This document shows, in pieces, positions 57,082 through 64,000 of a stretch of 64,000 bases of DNA; position 1 is the first letter of the stretch; every line of letters begins with the position of its first letter. Both the position numbers and the translations under genes were made by a program. The stretch lies in the IMG/VR virus record IMGVR_UViG_3300025896_000021; one strand, written 5' to 3'. The DNA comes from a virus. Taxonomy: Duplodnaviria; Heunggongvirae; Uroviricota; Caudoviricetes. The notes beneath the pieces are model-generated. The model saw only the letters and a list, made by a program, of their open reading frames with translations, ran no database searches and had not been told where the DNA came from.

Positions 57082-57245
57082 TGAACAATAGTATTACGGA
57101 ACAGCTACTAGCCCTTGCATATCTCAAGGAAGACGAAGTGTATGACTCCAGTGAGCGTGACGAGTTTGATTGTCTCATTGCATTGATTGAAGACGGCACT
57201 ATCGACACCTTTGAAGAACTTGCTAAGTATGGAGTTGAAGAATGA
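57081..57245 (+). CDS. Small acidic protein ending ...KYGVEE (about 54 aa)
   Basis: Read by hand. It ends with the same GGAGTTGAAGAATGA junction motif as the HFGVEE family. Coordinates are +/-1. Confidence 0.35.
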   Translation: MNNSITEQLLALAYLKEDEVYDSSERDEFDCLIALIEDGTIDTFEELAKYGVEE

Positions 57246-57421
57246 ACACAGTTTGGGTATTAATCGCATTAGTTTCTAACGGTCACTTTGTCCATACCGT
57301 TGTGCCCACTATGGAGTTTTCTACTCAGCAAAAATGTGAAGCTGCTATTGTTGCGTTTGACCAAGACGCACAAGGCAAAACAGGCTCCGTTAGAATGCGT
57401 TGCGTAAGGATTGAAAAATGA
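57242..57421 (+). CDS. Hypothetical small protein (about 59 aa)
   Basis: Read by hand; ATGA-coupled on both sides. Confidence 0.35.
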   Translation: MNTVWVLIALVSNGHFVHTVVPTMEFSTQQKCEAAIVAFDQDAQGKTGSVRMRCVRIEK

Positions 57422-57618
57422 ACGATGTAACTGGCAAATTGTTAACAGTGGGTGATAATATTGTATTAATACCCCAAAATGGTTATACAGATTCACTGTC
57501 AATGGGCGTCATCATTGGGTTCACCCCAAAGAAAGTAAAGATCCAATTGACCGATAAGTGTTGGTCATATTCGGCAGATGAATGTTTGAAATTTCCAGAA
57601 CAGGTGGCAAAGGTATGA
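57418..57618 (+). CDS. Hypothetical protein (66 aa)
   Basis: ORF track. Confidence 0.45.
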   Translation: MNDVTGKLLTVGDNIVLIPQNGYTDSLSMGVIIGFTPKKVKIQLTDKCWSYSADECLKFPEQVAKV

Positions 57619-57848
57619 ACGAACGAATCCGAGAACTTGCTGAACAGGCTGGATGGCTCGATGATAAGCAGTTTTCTACCCTGGACAAACTTTGGCAGTG
57701 GCAAAATTTTGATAAAGAAAAGTTCGCCGAGTTGATTGTTAAGGAATGTGCTGACATTGCCAAGCACCATGTGATGAATATATCAACTTATGGTGATGCT
57801 GAATTTGTTGATGAACAGATTCGAGAACATTTTGGAGTTGAAGCATAA
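57615..57848 (+). CDS. Small protein of the MNERIRELAEQAG...KFAELIVKEC...HFGVEA family (77 aa)
   Basis: Trimmed to the ATG overlapping the upstream stop. Confidence 0.5.
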   Translation: MNERIRELAEQAGWLDDKQFSTLDKLWQWQNFDKEKFAELIVKECADIAKHHVMNISTYGDAEFVDEQIREHFGVEA

Positions 57849-58180
57849 TGGAAGCAGTAGTAGAAACGACTGAATGGTCAGACAAAAGTGTTCTAGGCAA
57901 TCATACTTACTTGTTTGATGGTAGCAAGATGGTTGCATACGTCAAGCGAGGTGATACAGTTCCTTTCTACTTTAAAAACCCGATCACAATTGACAAGCGT
58001 GGTCGCAAGTTTGTAGCTGTCAAAGTTAATCCCTTCAAGGTGATCAAAGAAAAAGATACAGTTATCAAAGTGTCCGGTAGCAAAGGTGCAGTCTACTCTA
58101 TTGATACAGAAGCAAAAACATGTACATGCCCCGGATATATGTTTCGGGGTGCTTGCAAGCATTTGGTAGCGATAGCATGA
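57848..58180 (+). CDS. SWIM zinc-finger protein (110 aa)
   Basis: C-terminal CTCPGYMFRGACKHLVAI is a CxC...CxH SWIM motif. Confidence 0.55.
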   Translation: MEAVVETTEWSDKSVLGNHTYLFDGSKMVAYVKRGDTVPFYFKNPITIDKRGRKFVAVKVNPFKVIKEKDTVIKVSGSKGAVYSIDTEAKTCTCPGYMFRGACKHLVAIA

Positions 58181-58443
58181 TTTATTACAAGATTAGAAGT
58201 AAAGACAACCCAGCGATGTTTGTGAGTGGTACTCCAACTTATAATCACTATGACAATATGGGAAGAGTTTTTCAAAAGATTGGTAAATTGCGTACATTCC
58301 TGACAGGTGTTATGTCAAACCAACATCAGAGTCACAAAATATCAGATTGGGAAATCGTTGAGATTGAAATGGTAGTAAAAGAAGTTAAAGGTGTTCACGA
58401 GGTGATCACCCAAAAGAAATTAATAGAATTGTTAACAAAATGA
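58177..58443 (+). CDS. Hypothetical protein (about 88 aa)
   Basis: Internal ATG of the track ORF 58120, overlapping the upstream stop (ATGA). Confidence 0.45.
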   Translation: MIYYKIRSKDNPAMFVSGTPTYNHYDNMGRVFQKIGKLRTFLTGVMSNQHQSHKISDWEIVEIEMVVKEVKGVHEVITQKKLIELLTK

Positions 58444-59282
58444 AAATAGCATTATGCAGTGACCTGCACTTAGAGTTTCAAGATATCAACCTCAAGAACA
58501 CAGAGGGTGCAGAGGTCCTTATTCTGTCAGGTGACATTATGGTCGCTGACTATTTGCATGACCATCCTGCACCCGATCCATACACATCAGGTGGTATGCG
58601 TGACTTTGGTCACAAAATGTTAATGAGTGTACGATTCCGTGACTTCCTAAAGCGTTGCAGTTTTGAGTTCCCGCATGTTATCTATGTTGCAGGCAATCAC
58701 GAATTCTATCACGGTAAGTGGAAGGGTTCTATTGATGACCTGCGCTTTCAATGCGGTCAATTACCTAACGTTTACTTTTTGGAAAACGATATCAAGACTA
58801 TCGGTGAGCATACGTTCATTGGTTGTACATTGTGGACCGACTGTAACAAAGGTGATCCATTGACACTTCATGCCTTGACTGACATGATGAACGACTTCCG
58901 CATCATCCGTAACGATGAAGCTGGATATACTAAACTACGTCCTGCTCATACGGTTAGTCGTCATAGGAATAGTCTCAGTTATATCAAAAACATTGTTGAA
59001 GGTATGCATGATGAAAAGTTTGTAGTTGTTGGGCACCACGCTCCTACTACTCTGAGTACGCATGAACGCTATGTCGGTCAGGACCTTATGAACGGTGGTT
59101 ACCGCTCGGACCTTAGCGAGTTCATCATGGATCGTCCTCAGATCAAATTGTGGACTCATGGTCACACTCATGATCCGTTTGACTATGTAGTTGGTGAAAC
59201 TCGTGTGGTTTGCAACCCTCGAGGCTATGCAGGTCATGACGAACATGCCGATATTTTTGAGTTGAAGTTTCTGGACATCTAA
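58440..59282 (+). CDS. Calcineurin-like metallophosphoesterase (280 aa)
   Basis: Motifs ALCSDLHLEF, LILSGDIM, YVAGNHEFY and GHTH are present. Confidence 0.7.
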   Translation: MKIALCSDLHLEFQDINLKNTEGAEVLILSGDIMVADYLHDHPAPDPYTSGGMRDFGHKMLMSVRFRDFLKRCSFEFPHVIYVAGNHEFYHGKWKGSIDDLRFQCGQLPNVYFLENDIKTIGEHTFIGCTLWTDCNKGDPLTLHALTDMMNDFRIIRNDEAGYTKLRPAHTVSRHRNSLSYIKNIVEGMHDEKFVVVGHHAPTTLSTHERYVGQDLMNGGYRSDLSEFIMDRPQIKLWTHGHTHDPFDYVVGETRVVCNPRGYAGHDEHADIFELKFLDI

Positions 59283-59300
59283 GTTTACTTTGTTCACCGA

Positions 59301-59340
59301 ATACTATTGTACAGGACATCAAGTTCTGTTACAATAGTAT
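59301..59340. promoter_or_regulatory. 14-bp inverted repeat (ATACTATTGTACAG / CTGTTACAATAGTAT), candidate operator
   Basis: Near-perfect palindrome with an 11-nt spacer, 35 nt upstream of a small HTH-like gene. A second short hairpin, CGCTGT-GACGAA-CAGCG, follows. Confidence 0.45.
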
Positions 59341-59377
59341 CACGCTGTGACGAACAGCGAAACATTAAAGGAAATTT

Positions 59378-59638
59378 ATGATGACTATGACTACTAAAAG
59401 CGAACGCCTTGTTGAGGCATTTACAAAAGGGCAGGAACTAACTGCAAAGCAAATTACCCAACGTTTTGGTTTTGCTAATCCAACTGCAACTGTAAGCGAC
59501 TTGCGCTTGCGTGTCGGTTTGGCAATTTATGCTAATAAGCGTACCAACAAACTAGGTGATACTTACACTAAGTATCGTTTGGGTACCCCTAGCCGCGAAG
59601 TTGTCGCTGCTGGTTACAAAGCACTTGCAAAGGCTTAA
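59378..59638 (+). CDS. Small putative DNA-binding protein, HTH-like (86 aa)
   Basis: LTAKQITQRFGFANPTATVSDLR has a helix-turn-helix-like pattern. Confidence 0.45.
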   Translation: MMTMTTKSERLVEAFTKGQELTAKQITQRFGFANPTATVSDLRLRVGLAIYANKRTNKLGDTYTKYRLGTPSREVVAAGYKALAKA

Positions 59639-59653
59639 TTTGCTATAAGGTTC

Positions 59654-59683
59654 AATGGGCACCTAAAGCCCATTACAAATTTT
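59654..59683 (+). terminator. Hairpin AATGGGC-ACCTAAA-GCCCATT plus T-rich tail
   Basis: 7-bp stem after the 59378 ORF stop, followed by ACAAATTTTT. Confidence 0.4.
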
Positions 59684-59704
59684 TAGATATTGACTAGGAG
59701 TATT

Positions 59705-60223
59705 ATGAGTTTCTTTCACAACATTATGAACAAACTAGGTCGATATCGATTGATTCCAGATCGTGCGACAGGTGAAGACTATCTACATCGGTACTATCTG
59801 TTCCTGAAGGACCGTAGTTGGTTCCCCTTCAACGTCACACTGCACAAAATTGTTCGCAGTGATGACCAAATCATGCATGATCACCCGTGGGGCTACATGA
59901 CGATTATCCTTAAAGGTGGTTACTGGGAACACACTCCTATCTTTGCCAACGATGGTAGAAAATTAGCAGAGTTTCAAACATGGCGTGGTCCGGGCTCTAT
60001 CATCAAGCGTAGTGCAAATGAGTTTCACTGGCTTGAACTAGATGAAAGTGTAGGACCTGCTACTACATTGTTCTTCATGGGTCGTCAACAACGTGAATGG
60101 GGCTTTCTAGTACAAACTAAGAAAGGTCTGCATCGCTGGATCAAGTGGACAGATTATCTAAGTGGATGGAAAAACTATCATCAAAAATATGTAGTAAAAG
60201 CTGCAAGCAAAAAGAAAGAATAA
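59705..60223 (+). CDS. Hypothetical protein (about 172 aa)
   Basis: Trimmed to the ATG after the AGGAG RBS. Confidence 0.5.
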   Translation: MSFFHNIMNKLGRYRLIPDRATGEDYLHRYYLFLKDRSWFPFNVTLHKIVRSDDQIMHDHPWGYMTIILKGGYWEHTPIFANDGRKLAEFQTWRGPGSIIKRSANEFHWLELDESVGPATTLFFMGRQQREWGFLVQTKKGLHRWIKWTDYLSGWKNYHQKYVVKAASKKKE

Positions 60224-60224
60224 T

Positions 60225-60443
60225 ATGTACGTAACATTAACAAACGCAACCGAAGCCCATAAGGGAAATAGCATAGCAATTAATGCAAATCTAATTGCTA
60301 CGGTGCATGACGCACTAGTCACCCGGGAGAATGGAGTAACAGAGCGCATCACTTATGTATTCTGTCCACCTCATGGTACTTGGGAAGTATCAGAACCGCT
60401 TGAAGATTTAGTTACTGTGTTGAACTCGATAAAACGAAAATGA
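60225..60443 (+). CDS. Hypothetical protein (72 aa)
   Basis: ORF track. Confidence 0.45.
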   Translation: MYVTLTNATEAHKGNSIAINANLIATVHDALVTRENGVTERITYVFCPPHGTWEVSEPLEDLVTVLNSIKRK

Positions 60444-60721
60444 ACGACCAAACAAGAGAAATCATGTTGATCCTGCAAGAAGAAGGTGCAGAGGTCATTC
60501 AAGCGGTGAGCAAGTGTATGCGTTTTGGTCCCGATCAAATCAAGCCAAACAAGGAAGTGTCCAACATCGGTATGCTTGAAGAAGAAATTGGTGACTTTTT
60601 GGCAATGGTTGAATTGCTAACTGACTTAGATATCGGGGTGACTACCGAAGGTCTAGCATTGGCTAAGAAGAATAAATTTGAAAAACTAAAGGTGTGGTCT
60701 AATTTGACTATCAACAAATGA
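60440..60721 (+). CDS. MazG-like nucleoside triphosphate pyrophosphohydrolase (93 aa)
   Basis: EExxE-type motif LQEEGAEV and a second acidic motif LEEEIGDFL on an all-alpha MazG/HisE-like core. Confidence 0.55.
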   Translation: MNDQTREIMLILQEEGAEVIQAVSKCMRFGPDQIKPNKEVSNIGMLEEEIGDFLAMVELLTDLDIGVTTEGLALAKKNKFEKLKVWSNLTINK

Positions 60722-61056
60722 TGTATGTAGAATTTCTTGAATTTGTCGTAGTGTTCGCTATTGGATTCTTTCTGGGTGAGGTATATCTAGCTAAAAGAAT
60801 CCAATATGTAATGTTGAGTATTGCACAATCAGAAGAAGATACCACTGACGTAGTAGAAGTGTTTAAGCTAAAAACTACTGCAACACCCGACTCCATTCTA
60901 TTGTACGATGACCAAGACATGTTTATTTGCCAAGGTAAAACCCTAGCTGAACTAGCTTCCCGATGCAAAGAGCACAATAACATTCAGTTTGCATCCGTGA
61001 TGCATGACGACAAGATTGTTATCTTTATGGACGGTGAAGTAAAGGAAACAAAATGA
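60718..61056 (+). CDS. Hypothetical protein with N-terminal TM segment (112 aa)
   Basis: ORF track. Confidence 0.45.
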   Translation: MMYVEFLEFVVVFAIGFFLGEVYLAKRIQYVMLSIAQSEEDTTDVVEVFKLKTTATPDSILLYDDQDMFICQGKTLAELASRCKEHNNIQFASVMHDDKIVIFMDGEVKETK

Positions 61057-61589
61057 AAATCAACATAGGTAAGTTTCCTAAAAATGGAAATCAGAAAGTT
61101 GATATACATATCGACAACTGGGATACTTGGAATATGGATAGTACTCTTGCTAAGATTATCTATCCAATGTTGATTCAGTTGAAAGAATCAAAACACGGTG
61201 TTCCTAGTGAGTTAGTGAATGATGTTGGTGGAGAAGATTGGACTGATCAAAGTTGTTTTGATTTCTACAAAGATACCCACAATGAATCATGGGAACTCGC
61301 ATGTAAAAGATGGGATGAAGTATTAGACAAAATAATCTGGAGCTTTCAGCAAATTGCTTACAAAGATTATGATAGTCAATATCATCACGGAGATGCAAAA
61401 TTTGATTGGGTAAAGTCTGATAAGACGTATCCTAATCCTATCACTGGTAAAATTGAACCTACTTATCAAATGGTTGACAAGAATCCCAGTGAACACTGGT
61501 ACGATTACGTTGGGCATCAAAAGCATGAAGAACGAATCCAAGAAGGTCTTGAATTGTTCGGCAAATACTACAGAAGTCTCTGGGACTAA
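61053..61589 (+). CDS. Hypothetical protein (178 aa)
   Basis: ORF track. Confidence 0.5.
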   Translation: MKINIGKFPKNGNQKVDIHIDNWDTWNMDSTLAKIIYPMLIQLKESKHGVPSELVNDVGGEDWTDQSCFDFYKDTHNESWELACKRWDEVLDKIIWSFQQIAYKDYDSQYHHGDAKFDWVKSDKTYPNPITGKIEPTYQMVDKNPSEHWYDYVGHQKHEERIQEGLELFGKYYRSLWD

Positions 61590-61590
61590 T

Positions 61591-61836
61591 ATGGATCCAT
61601 GGGGCCCTATAGTTTCTACTATAGCTAGTGATGCATTTAAAGACACTGAGTTCATTCCGATCAGTAAAAAAGACTATGAAGTATTCTGCAAAGAATATAT
61701 CTTTGATAAGCTGAGAGGTGACAATTTTGGTAGAGCCTTTAGAAAAAGATTCCAGTGCAGTGATAGAGTACTAAGTATGTTTAGAGAACAAGAAGATGCC
61801 ATGAAGCATATTGAATACTGCGGTTACGTTAAATGA
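61591..61836 (+). CDS. Hypothetical protein (about 81 aa)
   Basis: Trimmed to the ATG 2 nt after the upstream stop. Confidence 0.45.
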   Translation: MDPWGPIVSTIASDAFKDTEFIPISKKDYEVFCKEYIFDKLRGDNFGRAFRKRFQCSDRVLSMFREQEDAMKHIEYCGYVK

Positions 61837-62360
61837 AACAAAAATATATTGACTTATATATGGACTGGGCAGATCGCACTGCAAAGTTAAGCCACGCTAA
61901 ACGCCTGCAAGTGGGAGCAGTCATTGTAAAAGATGACTCAGTTATCAGCTATGGTTACAATGGTATGCCTGCAGGTTGGGATAACAATTGTGAGAACGTT
62001 GAATACATGAGCAGAGATGCTGGTGGTTGGCTAAGTCCAGAAGAGATTTACGAAAGCTGGCCCTTTGTTGAAGATGACCTAGACCCCGATTTAGGTTATG
62101 CCAGACGTTATCGTTTAAAAACTAAACCAGAGGTGTTACATGCTGAATCCAATGCGATTGCGAAGCTGGCCAAATCGAGCCAAAGCGGCTGTGATGCTAG
62201 TGTTTTTATTACTCATGCTCCTTGTCTTGATTGTGCCAAGCTCATTTACCAATCTGGTATATCTAGCGTATTCTATCGCAATAGTTATCGGGACGTGGCG
62301 GGAGTAAAATTCTTAGAAAAGAGTGGTGTAAGTGTTACCCAATGCCCTGTTCAAGATTGA
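61833..62360 (+). CDS. cd: dCMP deaminase
   Basis: Zinc-binding motifs HAESNAI and PCLDCAKLI (HxE ... PCxxC). Confidence 0.85.
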   Translation: MKQKYIDLYMDWADRTAKLSHAKRLQVGAVIVKDDSVISYGYNGMPAGWDNNCENVEYMSRDAGGWLSPEEIYESWPFVEDDLDPDLGYARRYRLKTKPEVLHAESNAIAKLAKSSQSGCDASVFITHAPCLDCAKLIYQSGISSVFYRNSYRDVAGVKFLEKSGVSVTQCPVQD

Positions 62361-62519
62361 CGTTGAAATAGGGTTTGGACAACTTGGCCCTGTTATCAAA
62401 TGGGCAAGTGACTACTGTGCAAATAACTGGAGCTATGATATAATAGAGTCAGCAGGTAGAGATGCGGGAATGTATCGATTCTACTTTGATGAAGAAACAG
62501 ACTACGTTAATTTTATACT

Positions 62520-62780
62520 TTGGAAAACATGAAATACTATACCTTCTACCGCGAGAGCAATAACTTTGATGACATTCTAAAAGACATAGCCCTTAAAAAG
62601 TTTGTGACTGAAAAAACTCGATGGACACATTATTTACAGATTGGTATCAGCCTGTACAAGAAAGATGCCGAGAAGATTTTTAGTTACATCACGTTAAAGT
62701 ACGGTGATGAAATTAGAACCAATATCACTAAAGATTACTCACCCAAACCATACGTTGACTACGTACCCATCAGGAAATAA
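62520..62780 (+). CDS. Hypothetical protein (86 aa)
   Basis: ORF track. Confidence 0.45.
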   Translation: MENMKYYTFYRESNNFDDILKDIALKKFVTEKTRWTHYLQIGISLYKKDAEKIFSYITLKYGDEIRTNITKDYSPKPYVDYVPIRK

Positions 62781-62781
62781 T

Positions 62782-63150
62782 ATGACTACCTCAATTTTTA
62801 TCTTACTTATTCTTCTTCAAATCAAACATTGGTACATTGATTTCGTAAATCAATCAATGAACGAAGTTGTTAGCAAAGGCATCTACGGAGATCGTGAGGG
62901 TGTTAATCATAGTGCAAAGCAAGGTATCGGCACTATGATAGCTATCGTACTAGCAGTTGGTACACCGTATATTGCATTCGCTGCAATTCTTGGATTCTTA
63001 GATTTCGTATTGCACTATCATATTGATTGGACAAAAATGAATTATGGAAACAGGGATATTTCTACCCCTGCTTTTTGGAATCATCTTGGATTAGACCAGA
63101 TGGCGCATCAACTTGTCTATCTGTTTATTGCTTGGGCAATGATTATCTAA
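62782..63150 (+). CDS. Membrane protein (about 122 aa)
   Basis: Trimmed to the ATG after the AGGAAA RBS; 3-4 hydrophobic helices. Confidence 0.5.
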   Translation: MTTSIFILLILLQIKHWYIDFVNQSMNEVVSKGIYGDREGVNHSAKQGIGTMIAIVLAVGTPYIAFAAILGFLDFVLHYHIDWTKMNYGNRDISTPAFWNHLGLDQMAHQLVYLFIAWAMII

Positions 63151-63358
63151 TTGATCTACACTGCGGCTCACCTAAGTACAATCCTAGCAAAGCCCGGCTT
63201 ATATTATCAGTTGATCCCGATAGAAAAATTGATTCAACAACTAATACAAATATGATCACTAAATTAGCTAGTGCCCATATTTGCCACAAAGTCCTTAGTG
63301 GTATTGCTTCTATTACCCATTTAGAAATTTGGCAGATTTTCTCCCATAGTTTCTTCAT
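63143..63358 (-). CDS. Small membrane protein (71 aa)
   Basis: ORF track, minus strand; GAGGT RBS. It lies in the same orientation as the minus gene that ends at 63378. Confidence 0.4.
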   Translation of the reverse strand: MKKLWEKICQISKWVIEAIPLRTLWQIWALANLVIIFVLVVESIFLSGSTDNISRALLGLYLGEPQCRSIR

Positions 63359-63377
63359 ATAAATAGTACCTCACTGG

Positions 63378-63914
63378 TTATAACCATAACCAGTAACCTT
63401 GCGCCATTAGAATTAATCCTAATGCACCAACCGCAATGCTACCAGTATACATTTTATTGTTAACTGCTAAAATACTTGCCGATAACAATACGATTGCTAA
63501 TTGAAATAGCATACCCGAGAAAGTTAGCCAAGGGCTGTGTAATCTTGCTTCATCACGTGCTGCTTCTTGTGCCTGTGCCTTTGCTAATAATTCTTTCTTA
63601 CCTTCGCCAGACTTAGGATCGCTTTCATAGCGGTCAATCTTAGCTTGTAGTTTTTCAATACGAACTTTGTCTTTTTCTTTCTTAGCATCTTCTAATTGCC
63701 CTTCAGCAATAGTTTGCTTGATACTCTTTGACTGATAAAACCCATAGGTGTTACTCGCTTTGAGCAAGTTGGTTTGTGCCACACCACTAAAGTTGTTAGA
63801 CAAATAAGTATTGCCCGCCAAGAACAATGCCATAAAGACAATGACTAATCCAGCCTTATCTTTGATCTGTGCTTCACGTTCGCTACGTGAAAGGGGTTTC
63901 TTTTCTTCTGCCAT
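63378..63914 (-). CDS. Membrane protein with central coiled-coil (178 aa)
   Basis: ORF track; two TM helices flank an Ala/Glu/Lys coiled-coil; AGGAGA RBS. Confidence 0.55.
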   Translation of the reverse strand: MAEEKKPLSRSEREAQIKDKAGLVIVFMALFLAGNTYLSNNFSGVAQTNLLKASNTYGFYQSKSIKQTIAEGQLEDAKKEKDKVRIEKLQAKIDRYESDPKSGEGKKELLAKAQAQEAARDEARLHSPWLTFSGMLFQLAIVLLSASILAVNNKMYTGSIAVGALGLILMAQGYWLWL

Positions 63915-63946
63915 AATGTTTCTCCTATTGTATATTTATTTAATAT

Positions 63947-64000
63947 TAATTTTTAGCATAGTCTGCTAATGCTTTCTTATCCTCAGCTAGCCTAGCTTGG
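63947..64000 (-). CDS. Partial CDS (3' end only; rest outside window)
   Basis: Minus-strand frame reads ...QARLAEDKKALADYAKN* up to the window edge. Confidence 0.3.

Noticed and set aside
1-64000. Search for tRNA, rRNA and CRISPR arrays
   Set aside because: Intergenic gaps are short, at most about 250 nt. The two largest (25100-25353 and 25625-25876) have no cloverleaf-compatible sequence or T-loop GTTCRANYC motif, and no direct-repeat/spacer arrays were seen.

Overview
This 64 kb window looks like the early/middle region of a large virulent, T4-like (Straboviridae-like) phage. Coding is dense and almost entirely on the + strand. There is one minus-strand island at 41.1-43.9 kb, a short minus-strand block at the 3' end, and a free-standing minus-strand GIY-YIG homing endonuclease. 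Recognisable genes are a family B DNA polymerase (T4 gp43-like), an ATP-dependent DNA ligase, a 5'-3' exonuclease/RNase H, the UV-damage endonuclease UvdE, dCMP deaminase, a MazG-like pyrophosphatase and an rIIA/rIIB-like pair. The window also carries 7-deazaguanine DNA-modification genes (DpdA-like transglycosylase, FolE, QueD, QueE) interleaved with nucleotide-sugar-type enzymes. There is a Clp/DnaK proteostasis cluster, a NadV/NatV NAD+ salvage pair next to a macro domain and an HD hydrolase, and two Gly-rich tail-fibre-like proteins. Many small early genes sit behind a repeated TTGACA-17-TATAAT promoter family with a conserved leader. I found no rRNA, tRNA or CRISPR. My hand-counted coordinates for features not on the ORF track may be off by 1-2 nt.
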